Assembly: GCF_040938485.1 (NCBI RefSeq)
Contig: NW_027271380.1
Location: 1,860,001 to 1,924,000 of the forward strand
From: Diadema antillarum
Lineage: Eukaryota
Direction: 5' to 3'
Length of the DNA: 64,000 nt
This document shows, piece after piece, positions 37,543-51,144 of the stretch. Every line of letters starts with the position of its first letter. Position 1 is the stretch's first letter. The translations under genes were made by a program, and so were the position numbers. A model generated the notes under the pieces. That model had not been told where the DNA came from. It did not search any database and saw nothing but the letters and a program-made list of their open reading frames with translations.

Positions 37543-38760
37543 AGGTATGAAAGTGCTACAAAGAGGTACAGTGTAGGACCTACAGCTGTACATGTAGCCA
37601 TGCTTTACTTAGATAACAAGTAGGCCCTACACATGATTACTTTTAGTAACATTTGTGATTTGCTTTCCCTACCAAATCAACCTACAAATGAGAATTTGAT
37701 CAACAGAACAGTTAAAATATGTGGCATTTCATATTTTTGTCTCAAATACAGTAGCTGATGAATCAGTAATACCAATATTCAGAATATTGCAGAAATCAAG
37801 TCTAACACTGCAAAATTATGATCTATTTGAAGGGAAACATATATAATATTTCTCAATGAAATCACTTCATACACACATCGTCACAAATACAATGGGCAGG
37901 GCTAGGATTCCACTCCACAACTGCCTACATACATTGTAGTGTATTGTATTCTAAGCAGAAACATGATCAATATTGACATGATAAACAAATGCAAAATGTC
38001 ACACAATTTGAAACCAATGCCGAGCATTTGAGGATGAAGACACAATTTACACATTGTGCCTGCAGAATGCATTCATTCAAACGGAAGCCAAACAGAGATC
38101 CTCTTCAATACCCCATCCCAGTGCATTACATGTATAGAATGTACAAAGTATACAATAAAACCCCCTTGAACATTTGCACACTGATCAAAACACAATGCTC
38201 CCCATATACAGTAACTGATCATTGAAAGGGAAACACTTTTTAACAGATCGTGACGTATGCAGCATTCATGTGTTCATAGCACTGTGTCGCCTCATGGAAA
38301 ACCAACATGAAGTCATGCGGAAGAAACCGGGACTGATGTTCAAGAGGAATTTGCTCAAGCTTGATGTAAAGCTCAGCTGCACATCTGTTTAATAGTTGAT
38401 GACAGACAATTTCAATGTGTGGAGTTACTGCCATATGGCAATTCTACAACTCAATTTAATAAGTAGGATTCAATTTGCACACATAAATGTTGTACTTTGA
38501 TATTCATCACTGACACAGTGCACAGTTGTTGATGTGACATCTCAGCTGGTGTGAAAATAAAAACCCATTAATTTTCCAGCAGAAAATTTAATTAATTTCC
38601 ATAAAAGATATTTCATGGAAGCTGCTCACTGATGCACTTTTTCACAAAAGTTGGTAGGCTTTTAATACCCTTAATGCAACTTTTTTTTCTCTCTCTCTCA
38701 TTCTAGATTGTCACAAGTACACATTTCTGTGTGCTAATAGAGAGAAATTACCTCTCCTGA

Positions 38761-38896
38761 NNNNNNNNNNNNNNNNNNNNNNNNNNNNNNNNNNNNNNNN
38801 NNNNNNNNNNNNNNNNNNNNNNNNNNNNNNNNNNNNNNNNNNNNNNNNNNNNNNNNNNNNNNNNNNNNNNNNNNNNNNNNNNNNNNNNNNNNNNNN
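38761..38896. other. Assembly gap (136 N)
   Basis: Run of N. Confidence 1.
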
Positions 38897-40047
38897 TAAA
38901 CTGTATTGTGGGGGTTTTTTGTGTGAAAGTGCACACCTGTGTTCTTCCTTTTGTGGGAATTTGCTGTGCACAGCATTGTTGACAATCTATTCACTTGGTT
39001 GCTCATGGATAAATTGTATGTGATATAAATAATACAGTTAAATACAACTGGCACAGCTATCTTGTGTACAGTTGATCTCTGAAATTGCTACATCAATAAA
39101 ACAACCTCTCAATGACCCCTGCAAACTTGCTGGCTCATTTGACATCTAAAATATCCTTCATTAAAACAGCACCCCATCCCCGTTCTTTTTTTTTTTTTTT
39201 GCATTCAAGGAAATTACATGTCTCAAAGGGAAAAAATAACTGAAGATAATGGCATATTCATAACAAAAATAAACACAATGATGTAATGTATGTACAGTGT
39301 GTACACAAGCCAACATTATCATCATGACTGATTAGAAATTTTACAGATAATCGCAAAGAAAATATTCACTCTTCACAGAATCCCCCTTTTCACACCTTTG
39401 AGCAAAATCATAGAGGCTTAGTCTTTAATCCCATGCCAACCACTCCAATTTCATGATATCTTTTCAATTTTGTTAATGGGCCTACATTGTGTGTCCTCTC
39501 ACTTGGCGCTTGCTTGAGAAGAGGTGTTGGTGCAATTGATCAGGTGAACTCTAAACAAGGGATGGTCAAGGGTAGGACAAGGCCACAATTAATGCCGCCC
39601 TGAGTGTGATAGCTTTGTTTCATTCACAAACCACTGTGCAAACATTTGCCGGAGCCTGCCATAATGAAGGTGATTCATACCACTGTACGGCCAACAAAAA
39701 AAGAAGACACAAGATGGGTAGGTGCCTATGTACAGAAACCATCAAAATGACCACCACAGGTTTTTCCCATTGTTGCTGGGTGTTTTTTTTTCTGTGTGTG
39801 TTTTTCTTATATTTGTTTATCTATTTTGTTTGTTGAGGCATATTCAGGGGAGGAGGATGAACAGGGGAGGCATTCATTTCTTTCCTATCACACATTATAC
39901 ACCTTCAGAGAAAGAGGTGAATGACATCCAACCCTGTGAGGTTTACCCCAAGTGACTGGTACTAGACAGTGAATGGTGTCAACTGGCAAAAACGTTACAC
40001 ATTTGAGAATTAAGGTTTCTGGGACAAACACTGAACTATGGCTTTCT

Positions 40048-40120
40048 ATACATGTAGCTCAGTCAGTAGAGCATCGGGCTAGCAATCCAGAGGTCTGGGG
40101 TTCGAATCCCGATGGAATCA
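40048..40120 (+). mobile_element. tRNA-derived SINE head or tRNA-Ala(AGC)-like pseudogene
   Basis: A box gtagctcagtcagtagagc, loop ctAGCaa, B box ggttcgaatccc. Acceptor stem does not pair; anticodon and T stems are mismatched. Confidence 0.6.
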
Positions 40121-42147
40121 CATTTTCTTTGCTCATTTTTCCACATAAAGAAGCACGGGAAGGAGAAAGAGGAGAGGGAGGAGGAGGAGGAAAAGGAAAA
40201 GAAGATCATTAAGAAGGAACATGTACAGTTGTACATGTACAGGTTCCATTATAGGCCTATACTGCGAACCCCCTCACTCTCTCAGCTATTTCAAACTTTG
40301 TATATATGACAAGTTCCAACTATGGTGCAGCTTCACTTGATGAAGATCATGCTGTATCACTGCAGGGAAGTGGGAACCTCCTGATCACTGCAATCAGTCG
40401 ACCATACGTGAACACAGATCTCTGAAAATTGTCCCCAAAGCTGATAAGTAGTAGCAAGCAAAGACTAATACATATTGTATATGGATTATATAAATCTTGA
40501 GTATTATATCATTTTATAGATGTTCCTCAATCATAATGGCAGTTTCATAACTGGCATGACTGCATCGGTGGTAGTTTGTACATGTAACTTCCTGAATTAG
40601 GCCCTACCTTTCTGACAGGGTGTACAGTAGGCTACACGTAGTACACTTGTGTATAGCACAACTTGTCTGTACATTCAAAGGATTTCTGCTTTGAATTAAA
40701 ACTTTTTGCACGGTCTATATGGCCTACATTGTACATGTACAGTGTAGGCCTACATGTGCAATGTTCATATTTGATGAGTCAGAATAAACATCTAAAACAC
40801 ACAAAAATTGGCAATGTCTGAAATGTCAATTTGAGTCATGTGACAAGGCAACAATCTTACAGTGGCAATCAAACCAAGAAAATTGCTTTTACTAGAAAAA
40901 AAAGGCACAAATGTATGGGCTTCATCATATTGGTTTCTGAACAAACAGCAACAGTGAGGTACACAAAAATCATTCAGTGGATAATTTGCCAAACAGGAAG
41001 CCCGACACAAAATATCATAATGGATGAGAAACAAAGTTCACCTAAACCCTGTGTGGGATAATGCAATTCATTTCAACTGCTCGTTTTTGTCCCCTGTCAG
41101 ATTGCTTCAGTGGCATTGAGACAGTATAATAATCTACCACATACAGTGTACCATTGTTTCCACATTCAGTAGTGTTGCAGAGGAATGCTGCACACACTCC
41201 CATCAGTGCACTATTGGCCCTCGGTTGAGAGTCATGCTCCACTGGGCTCTAGCAATGCAGTAGGCACTGTGTATGAAAAAAGAGCTTTGTGCCAAAGTGT
41301 CAGCCATTTCCTAAGCTTAAAACCAGCAACCTGTTCCATTCGACACGACGCAAAAGACAAGGGTGCAAACACACAGCTGTAACTAAATTACAGCTTTGCT
41401 TTGCAAGTCTACCTCCTTCTTTCTATTAAAAGCAAATGAGCATCCACCACATGATTCCATTGTTACCAGGGAAATTCATCGCCATGACGTCATTCCACAT
41501 AAGATCATTGAAAAGCCAAGCATCAGATCAGCAAAATGTATTCATGACTGTTGAAATACTTCAAGGTGTATCGAAAGTCATATCTTGAGAGGTCCTCTAA
41601 TATAAACCTTCATAAAGCCATCCTAATCACAATCTGATTTATGGGCACACATAGTGAAAAAAAAAAATGAGTTTTTTATAGTATGTGTTGCACCTACAAG
41701 TACAGGGTATCGTTCTCAAATCTGGAAAAATAAGAACACCTCAATGCCTTGTAGATGCATCTTGAAAAATAATGTAAAATCAAAATATTGTTAGACATGT
41801 AATTATGAAGTGACAGTTCTTGCACACACAATAAAAGAACAATCTTTTTTTTTTTTTTTCAAGAGACATTAACATGACCAAGTCAACAACTATAATGTCA
41901 ACCACTGGATTCTATCTTCTAAAGATGACTTGCTGGGATTTGAATACATGTGTATCTGAGCATCATCACTAAAATCTTCAAAACTTCTTTACAGAAATCA
42001 GTGATTTTGCTGCATACACAATGTAAGTGAGAAATTATGCATTTCTCATGGGTACAATAGATCTCCCACGAATGTTGTGTAGGACCTACGTCACTATCTG
42101 AAGGACCTAAACTGATGTGCCCTGTAGTATAGTTGGTGACCTGTTCA

Positions 42148-42327
42148 CAGGGCTGCCAACTCTCACTCATTGAGAGTGAGACTCACTCATTTTGGTCCTT
42201 TCTCACTCTAAAACTTTATTTCATTTGCATGCATTTCTATTGATCTCACTCATTTTGACTCCTAAATTATAGCATTAGCCTACATGGGAGCCTCACTCTC
42301 AACTAGTTTCCAATGTTGGCAGCCCTG
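42148..42327. mobile_element. 180-bp MITE, 13-bp TIR CAGGGCTGCCAAC, CTCACT subterminal repeats
   Basis: Perfect TIRs. Flanks TGTTCA and TTTCA look like a 6-bp TSD with a 1-bp loss. Confidence 0.75.
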
Positions 42328-43247
42328 TTTCAGTTCACTATACATGGCAACGGCTCATGGTTTCCAATATAAAACTAAAAATTTCATGATCCATGAAAGC
42401 CCTCCCTTGAAAAAACAAGTTTAGTTGAAATGAATAGCATGTCACACACGCACATCTTATATGCTGGGACTTCCCCTGTTGCTTCATATCATAACCCTTG
42501 ACATCCAAAATGTCAGAGCTAAAGTATGTAGATCACTTTTGCTTTTGTGTGCAGTACTGTACGTTGTACTGGGGGGGGGGGGGGGGGGGATAGACAACAT
42601 TTGTCTTTGCCAGTCTTTCCCGCTGAGAGTTTCGAGAAACAGGATTTCCACATGAGGCAAAATGATCCTCAACATTTAAAAAATCAAAGTTAATACAAGT
42701 TAATATGACACAATTGATCTACATTGTACAGTTATAATTTGTATCTACTGTTATAAGTTCTAATACATGTAATTATTGTATCATAACCAAAGACAGTATT
42801 CACTCATGCACATGCACTTTTACAGCCTTGAGAATTTACTGAATGCTCCTCATTTTCCATACCTCAATCCAATCAGAAACTATAATCATGATCAAAGATG
42901 GTACACTGTACCTGGAATTTCAACTTCATACTTGGTAAAGATGCCATACATTTTGTGGGTATGATACATATTGGGACTTGTCAGACAATTTGGCAAGTGG
43001 TTGAATGCACTTATTACTGAAAAACAGTTAGAGACAAAATGAGAAATAAATGTCATCCCTTTTCAGAATGAAATTTAGAAATTTCTAACCTGGAGATGAT
43101 GTCAACAGTGCATTTGTGTTCATAGGGAAGTAACATTTTTTGTGAGTTGCCAATTTCAGTACTATCAGTAGCATTACAAAAGTCACAAATAGATTACATA
43201 TTCTGTATACTGTATAGTATATGCAATATGTACATTTGGACAATATC

Positions 43248-43762
43248 CTGTAAAACGATGAATGTTTGTGTGCATTTTAATTTCGTGAATTTTGCGAGCC
43301 AAGATTTGTGAACTTTAAATGCACGCCCAAATTCTTGTTTACACAACATGCATTGAACGTTCGAGGCAACTCATGAAAATGTAATGCCGCAAAAAAGGCA
43401 GTTGGCTCCAATTCGTGAAAATTTAATGCCACAAAAATATTGGCAGAGACTCCAACCCCAAGCACCTTCTGATCGGGAGATTCTCCCGCCTGAAACCCCT
43501 AGTAAACGGGAGACTCCAAGTTGATGTGTGCGAAGCGCGAAGTTCCTAGGGTTCTAGATGTTCTCTGGTGCTATCTAAGGCTTATTTTTTCAACATACGA
43601 TAGCAAAAAGTAAGAAATCCTTTCCACCGGGAGACACAGAGCCAGGGCGGGAGAAATCAAATCTCAAACGGGAGAACGGGAGATTTTGCAAAAAATGGGC
43701 TTTCGACGGGAGATCTCCCGTCGAAAACGGGAGAGTTGGAGTCTCTGTATTGGGTTTTACAG
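43248..43762. mobile_element. Tc1/mariner-type MITE (CTGTAAAAC ends) interrupted by a younger insertion at 43444-43747
   Basis: CTGTAAAAC...GTTTTACAG|TA. Removing the insert and one TATTGG restores the right end. Confidence 0.6.
43444..43747. mobile_element. 304-bp MITE, TIR CAGAGACTCCAAC, 6-bp TSD TATTGG (copy 1)
   Basis: TATTGG at 43438-43443 and 43748-43753. Multiple CTCCCG/CGGGAG motifs. Confidence 0.9.
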
Positions 43763-45826
43763 TAGTGTGACAAACACTGCAAGTTTTTTGCATGAAGGTT
43801 TACAATACAACAAATCATAACACCATTTTTTTTTTTAAAAACTGCACTGTGGTGTGTGTGATTTTCTGCTATTATTGCAGAGTTTTCATGTTTTTGGATG
43901 GATTTTGGCACATGTGCCAGCAAAATTTAGCTGTAATGTCATGTTTTGCACAATTAATGTCACGATTTTCCCATGTCAGAATTCATGGCCCTCCTCAAAA
44001 CACAAGTCGGCTGTTCCACGGCTTCCCAATCTTGGGAAAAACCTCCACACTTTCCTCGCCACTTCCCAAGAATTCCTGCCTGTCGGAGAATCCCTGTAGA
44101 TTTGAGTCGAGACAGGAACAAAGCCTGCACACAAGGGTCAGCAATTTCGCACAATGGGAAAACAACAAAAGCCCAAAGTCTCCCATGTGATGACAACAGT
44201 GATACCCGGCCAGGGACCATAAAGAACTCACTGTGTGTCTTTTTTCGACCACAGCGGGTTAAATTCCTATTCAATCATGTGGGCTGTGGTGGCAGCAGTG
44301 TGTGTATATGGCCATTGTTGGCACCAGCTCTGTTCGGAAATGGTCTTCTTCTCGTGTTTAAAACACATACTCTGTGTAGATTGTACTCTTCCAGCATTCA
44401 TTTTGTTTGGATTTCTTTGTAAAAGTGTACATAATGGCCATTCAACAAGTACACACAGTTGAGGAATGCAGTACAACGGGTCCCTTTCTGTACGATCAAC
44501 TGTAACTGGGTTTAATGAGAGGTGACTCACAATACTGTGGAAAAACATCACAGGCAAACTCTAAGGCAATTAGACTGAGAGCGAAGTGTGGGAGTTGCCC
44601 CAAAGCAAAACAGGCTCTCCGTGATGAAGTGCAGATTTGATTGATATTGAAAAGGCGGTCGTTTCCTATCGACTGTTTCATCAAATGAGCGACATCAAAA
44701 CTTTGTCGAGAGGACAACTGTACTATTTCTGTGATACAGAAGAATTGAGAACATGTACTGAAAATCATTACACACTACTGAATAAGTCGGGATATTTTCT
44801 GATTTTTTTTAGACTGCACATCGCAACCAACATGTACTGTATCATGCACTCCACAGATGATGTCAACATAGCGACAATTATGACAACACGTGCACGTACA
44901 CACATAGTGAATGGCTGCATTAACACAATGCATGCAGATTTTACGGTAATGAAATACAGCCTTGATATACAATTTGTACAGGCCACAGTATCATATCCCT
45001 GCCATTGGCTCTATCACAATAATTACAGAGATAAAGTACACATTCACTTGAGATCAAAACTACTAGTACAAGTAATACTGGTACTGTACTTATGGCAGTG
45101 TGGCTGATGTGAAATATGCGTCATGTAGCATGTTTTCTTTGACCATATAACAAGTACACTACAAAACAAATTAAAACCTTTAAAAAACAAAAGTTTTGAG
45201 GGCAAGCAGATTCACAGTGGATTATTCTGCCGGAGCAAATATTAGAGTACTGAAATACAGATTCATTTTCTTTTGCCAATGTAAACACACCATTTGTTGT
45301 GAATTATCTGAGTTACTTTGATTGCATTTAAATTCAAAGATTCTAGCGAAATCTGCTAAGTGTAAAAGGAGGCATCAGATCTGCGTCCTATGTGACCATA
45401 GTAAAAGAAAGAGGTGGGAGTATATTCAGTACAAAAATGAAACTAACGCAATGCTTCCAGCATCTCTGCATAGCACAAGTTACAGGTCCTGTTTACCTTT
45501 GGGAGCAGTGATTAAAAAAATGTTCAAGATATCACATTTGATGCATTGTATGTGTACGTCTGTTGTATCACAAAAAATCCTACCATATACTGTATATCTG
45601 CATATATCTTTTTTTTGCAATAAAGCCTAAAATATAAGGAGATACGTGTATCAGTATTTTTCTCATTAAACCGTAACTGTAGATGGTTTAGTCTGGAAAC
45701 ACTTTTATTTTAACTATTGTTTACATTTTGTGTATTTAATAACACTTTAACATCGATTATAAATACGGAATCAAATTTTTACAGTGGTTGTTTCTATCCC
45801 TAACTCACATTTTAGAACTATTTTAA

Positions 45827-46399
45827 AGGACAAGTTCACCTTCATAAACATAAGGATTGAGAGAATGAAGCAATATTAGTAGAACACATCATTGAAAGTT
45901 TGAGGAAAATCGGACAATCCGTTCAAAAGTTATGAATTTTTGTAGTTTTTGTGCAGTAGCCGCTGGATGAGAAGACTATTGTAGTGTGTGAATAACTTAG
46001 ATGTCACATGCGTACAGTACAACAATATAAGGAAAATATAAAGAGAATTTCACAAAATTTCATCTTTTGGAAAAAGTACACATTCCCCCGACTCGTTACC
46101 GACAATTGTTATGGGTAATATCATTCCCCCTGCCTTTAGAAAGAGGCAAGTCAAGTGCTCTTTTATTATGCGAAAAAAAGTGAAAATATGTTGAATTTTC
46201 TTAAATTTTCTTTATACTGTTGTACGCATATGACTCACAAGCTGTAGTAGTCTCCTCATCCAGCGGTTCCAACACAAAAATTTTAAAAATTCATAACTTT
46301 TGCATCGATTGTCCAATTTTCCTCAAACTTTCACTGATGTGTTCTACTAATATTGTTGCATTTTTTCAATCCTTATGTTTATGAAGGTGAACTTGTCCT
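45827..46399. mobile_element. Kolobok-like MITE, TTAA TSD, long TIRs
   Basis: First 34 bp AGGACAAGTTCACCTTCATAAACATAAGGATTGA are perfectly inverted and the TIR continues over 100 bp. TTAA at 45823-45826 and 46400-46403. Confidence 0.88.
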
Positions 46400-46403
46400 T
46401 TAA

Positions 46404-46790
46404 AGGGCTCGTATAGTTTTGGTTGAGATAATTTCAGATTTCTGACATTTTTTGGTGAGATAATGAGAAACCACTTTAATACAAAATATGAAAGAGCGTG
46501 TAATTCCATGAGGAATTCAAAGTTTATTTGATGAAAATTGGTTTTGAAATGGCTGAGATATATCCAAAACAGAGTGATTCTAATAAAGTGTGGGACCCAC
46601 ATTTTATTACGATCACTTTGTTTTACTTTGTTTTTGGATATTTCAGTCATTCCAAACCCGATTTTCATCACATAAACTTTGAATTCCTCTTAAAATGGTT
46701 ACATGCTCTGTACTATAATGTAGCTTTTCTTGGTATCTCGCAAAAAGTGAAAAGCCCAATTCTCATCTCCACCAATACTGCACCATCCCT
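46404..46790. mobile_element. Second Kolobok-like MITE abutting the first
   Basis: TTAA|AGGGCTCGTATAGTTTTGGTTGAGA ... TCTCCACCAATACTGCACCATCCCT|TCAA. Internal inverted repeat gaggaattcaaagttt / aaactttgaattcctc. Confidence 0.7.
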
Positions 46791-47525
46791 TCAAAGCACT
46801 AATGCTGGGTTTTTGTTTCTTCTGCAAATTGTGAATTATGCCTATAATGGAGAAAAAACAAGACTACAAACATCAAAGTGGGTGATGTGATAAGAGCGTG
46901 ACACCTTGCAAGAGGTTTACTTATCAGGATTCCAAGAACTTTAACCTGACCGAGATTGTCTTCTTTCCTTCACACACACATATGTACAATACTGTGTATC
47001 TGTGTTGACAAAGGGCTTTTGTCAACAGAATTACCCAACTGGGGTAAGCCACAATGGAAGCCATAATATCTAAGGAATTTATTGATCAGAGACTACAGAG
47101 TACAGCATCTTTCATCGATGGTACATGGCAATGTACAGTTGTATCATGATATGGGGTCTCTGGTTCCTGATTTGCACTGACTTGCAAAAACTTGTTTGAC
47201 TCCTCGTCAAGACATGCAATATTATTATGTACTGTACGCCAACTTGTATGACAGGTCAACATGCTATACAATTATAAGCTGCTATATCTGTGGTAATCTA
47301 ATCTCGCTCATTCATCTCAGATAAACTGAAAATGAAATGGAAGAAACAGTAGGGTATGTGACCTCTACAAAAAATCAAAGGGAAGTTCCATCCTGATATT
47401 ACATTGTATGTTGCTTTGTTTGAAAACACACGTAGGTCTTGAGCAGCTCTCCATTTCGTTTGTATAAAAAAATCACACATTTTCATTGTTCTCACAAGAA
47501 AAAAAAATTATTCAGATGTTTTTGG

Positions 47526-48706
47526 TAGGGCCAAAGTAAATAATATGTTGGTTTCCGGTAACATGACCTCAAGAACAGTGGGTCGGAAGGTAGGAGAAAA
47601 ATTTTATTTTTTGATTTTTCGAAAAAATTTTACCCTTTCTAATTCTATAAAAAAATTTGGTTTCTGTTTCAATGTGAACGTGTACGTGTGTAATGTGTGT
47701 GTACCATAGTAAAATTACGGAGCGTACAATGTATGTTTTAAATGTATGTCTGTGTGGTACGTATCGGTATCTTTCATACATGTTGTACCGTATCGTATTC
47801 AGACCTAGCTCTGCAGCATACGTTACAGGAACGTATGCAAGTCGCACAATATTGCAATGCACACACAGTCATCTAAATGCATTTTATACCATACACACTA
47901 TGCATTGCACTGTGTAAAAAAATGTATCGGGTACGCTATACGGTACTTCGCAGTAAATTGCGTGCAGTAAAGCTAGTGGCCCTTGATTCGACAGGGTTCC
48001 ATGAATCAACCACTCTTACAAATAAAAATTCACTGAAATTCATGAATAAAAAATGGTGCATATCAAGTGCGAAATTCAAACTATGCAACTATCTCCACAA
48101 GTGTTCCGAAGAGCACAACAGTGGGCCACGTCGCCGGACCCCCGAAATCATATTTGAACCCTCCCGGGTCAACTCGCACAAGCAACGGGTAAGTAACAAG
48201 TAAGTAAAGTTGCATAGCAACACATATAGACTCGTTTCATTCCAAGTTCTGAAGTTACTAGTCCGTTTATCTGCATTGAATCTATACAGCAAGTACACTT
48301 ACAGCCATGATTGCAGCCGTTTCTGAGATAACTTGAGCATTTAAGTGATATTTATATTTTGCATGCCACCCGTGTCAGATTTTGCTGTATCACCAGTGTT
48401 TGATTGCAACGTGTTGTGAATGCGTTGAATCTCTCGCACAGCGTGCGAGTACATGGATAGTACCGCGCTCTCGTAGTGCGATGTACTACAGTGTGTATAC
48501 AGTTTCATACATTCACATAGGCAGGGCAAGCGCACGGCCGCGGTACGTCGCGCATGTTGATGCACGGACATATGGGGCCGAACAATGAGTACAGGGGGCC
48601 GAACGATGGTTGCAGCGCATCTATGAGGATAAAATTTATCGGGTTGGCACCTTTTGGTCGGGTCGGTCGGGTTACTGGAAACCAAAATATTTTTTTCCTT
48701 GGCCTA
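47526..48706. mobile_element. About 1.18-kb non-autonomous TIR element, family unassigned
   Basis: Left tagggccaaagtaaataatatgttggtttccggtaac versus reverse complement of right taggccaaggaaaaaaatattttggtttccagtaac. Confidence 0.55.
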
Positions 48707-49887
48707 GATAAGAGTTACCCGTTTTTGCATGTTCTTCTCACTAGATTCAAGTTCTGTCTGCGACAAAACGAGAAAAATGAAAATTAGTGATATTTGGGTA
48801 CAAATAAATTGAGAGAGCTGCTCAACACCTGCAGTACATCACACAGAGTTGCCAATTTGTCTTACTCTTGAAACTCTTATCAGTTAATAACTTTTTGGTG
48901 TGTCTGATTTCCTCCCCCCCCCCCCCCCCAATTTTCACTGATCTACAATTTGTACTTTTCTGATTTTTCTGTTTTCAAACAAAGCAACATAATATCAGGA
49001 TGGGCCTTCCATTTAAAACCCTGCAAAATTATGGCATATTGATCACTTTACTTTTTAATACTAATCATCAATTTAAACCCAAACTGTATAAAATATCATT
49101 ATTGTACATTGTACCTCACATTATGTTAAATAATCTCCCTTTAACCACTTGATATTTAGTAAAGTCTGCAGTAGCATGTTCCACTGGGAATCTTGACCAA
49201 GACTTCTCATCCTATCTCTAGAGATCACTTTTGTCTTTTTCGTCGTGAGGCAAGTAGGTGCTCAAAACATGGTCTACTGTAGCATAGATCTGACAAATCT
49301 TTCGTAAGAATCCTGCAAAATTGTTTGGGCTTCTGACTGCTAAACTTCACTAATGCAGTGGGCTCTACAGTTTGTAAGTCAGAATAAGTTTTCAATGGCC
49401 TACACTGCTCTACACACTGTTCAAACTGGTATAAAGGATCAAGAAACATTATAATTAATTGTAGATGAATCATGTTAACAATAAACATTTGTAACCCCAC
49501 TTACATTGTAGCCATTAAATGATTTGATAGGCATTGACTGGGAAAGTTTGCAAAAGTGACATTGCATACTTGAAATCAAAAACTGAAATACTTGAAATTA
49601 AAGAAAAAACTCAGAAACATACAATTGTTAAACAGAACTTTGCTTTTAAGTACCAGTACATAAAACTGTACCTTACATGTGTACATTGTATGATCTCTTG
49701 GAATGTCCTAAAACTCAAAATTAAGTTCAAGTCCAGTGTAACATATCTGTTGTCATGTTACTTGACAAGTTGGTTCAGCAACTGTAGAGTGTAAACTGTG
49801 AATAGGACAAGTTGGTGGCTCAAAGGTTAAAAAGACACTGTGGCTCAATTCAAAATACTTGAGCTTGACTGATCTGTACAAGTGTAT

Positions 49888-50462
49888 GACCCCGTTTACA
49901 GTGCAAGGCTCGGCCGCGGCCGAGTCTACCTTCATTTCAGTATAAACGCGCAAAAGGCCAAATGCGAGGCCAAAATTAGCCTCGCATTTGGCCTCGCTCT
50001 GGAGGTGGTCTCGGCCGCGGCTCGGCCACGGCCGAGCCCGGCCTTTTCTCAGTGTAAACGCAAACTGGGCCAAATGCGCGGCCAATTTTAGTCTGGCTTC
50101 CAAACCCTCTGCCTGTACTACGTGTACTTCGCTGTTCAGGATATTAACCCCCTCAACGTCGAAAACTAGTATAGTTTAAGGTAATTTTGTCCTGCAAAGG
50201 ATTTTTTCCTTCGGCAAATGCCTTTGCCCGAACGGCGATTTCGTCGCCACGGAATTCGTTTGGGCAAAAGGTCTGAAAACCAGACAATGCCAAATTACGT
50301 TTGTTTACAAGCAGAGCGCCACTACGACAAAATATTGAAAGGTTTGAATCAAAAACGCGGCCGAGCCCAGCAGTGTAAACGGACAAAATTGCGGGGCCCG
50401 GCCTTGCAATTGAGGCTGGGCTCAGCCGCGGCTCGGCCCAGCCCCGCACTGTAAACGGGGTC
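49888..50462. mobile_element. 575-bp GC-rich PIF/Harbinger-like MITE
   Basis: Perfect 17-bp TIR GACCCCGTTTACAGTGC. Internal GGCTCGGCCGCGGC and GGCCAAATGCG repeats. Flanks TAT and TAG (2/3 match). Confidence 0.8.
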
Positions 50463-51144
50463 TAGGTTGATGTTCAAATAGGGGGGGGGGGGGGGGGGGG
50501 GGGGTACTCAAGCACTCTAAAAAAGTGTACACAAACAAGTTTGAAAAGTACCACTCCCAGTAATTTTTATGTTAACACATCAGTGGTGTGATAAAAACAA
50601 ACCACCTGTATTATACTAGTACCTCTACATTGTGTTTGACTCCACCAGGTAACACAGCAGCTTTCTCAGATACAACTACAAGTTGTACTCAAACTGGATA
50701 CAAAATTGTCATGAAAGAATTATACAACTTGTACATCTTCAGGTACTTATCTGAGAAATACTGACCTATACTGTTAGGGGCAAACCTACAAAATTGTATA
50801 AGAACATTCCACAAGGTTTTCAAAGGCACTTATAGTCCATCACTAGACACAGTGTAATTTCCAGTATAAAATACAAAACTTTATTTACATGGATGTGGAT
50901 AAACATAGGGTAGAAACCATTTGCTCTGAAGATCTGTACAAAAATTGTATGCCCCCACCCCACTCCAGATCATGCCTAAAGCATGTGTACAGTGTAAAAA
51001 TGTAATAACATGGTCCAAAGCAATGAAGTTTGTTAGAACTCTTAATCAATATGGTAGCTTCTGTTTTACTGGTGAGCCTGATCTTTATATTTCATGTTTT
51101 TTCATATATACTCACAACACATACATGTACAGTACATACAATGT

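Noticed and set aside
40048-40120. Functional tRNA-Ala gene
   Set aside because: Acceptor stem is unpaired and the anticodon and T stems are mismatched; kept only as SINE or pseudogene.
43792-45107. Cluster of overlapping 80-156 aa ORFs
   Set aside because: No recognisable domain or transposase/RT motif, and no coherent splice signals.
47131-47230. Weak L2-like peptide (YSCIMIWG...DLQKL)
   Set aside because: Short, interrupted by a stop, and too weak to support by eye.
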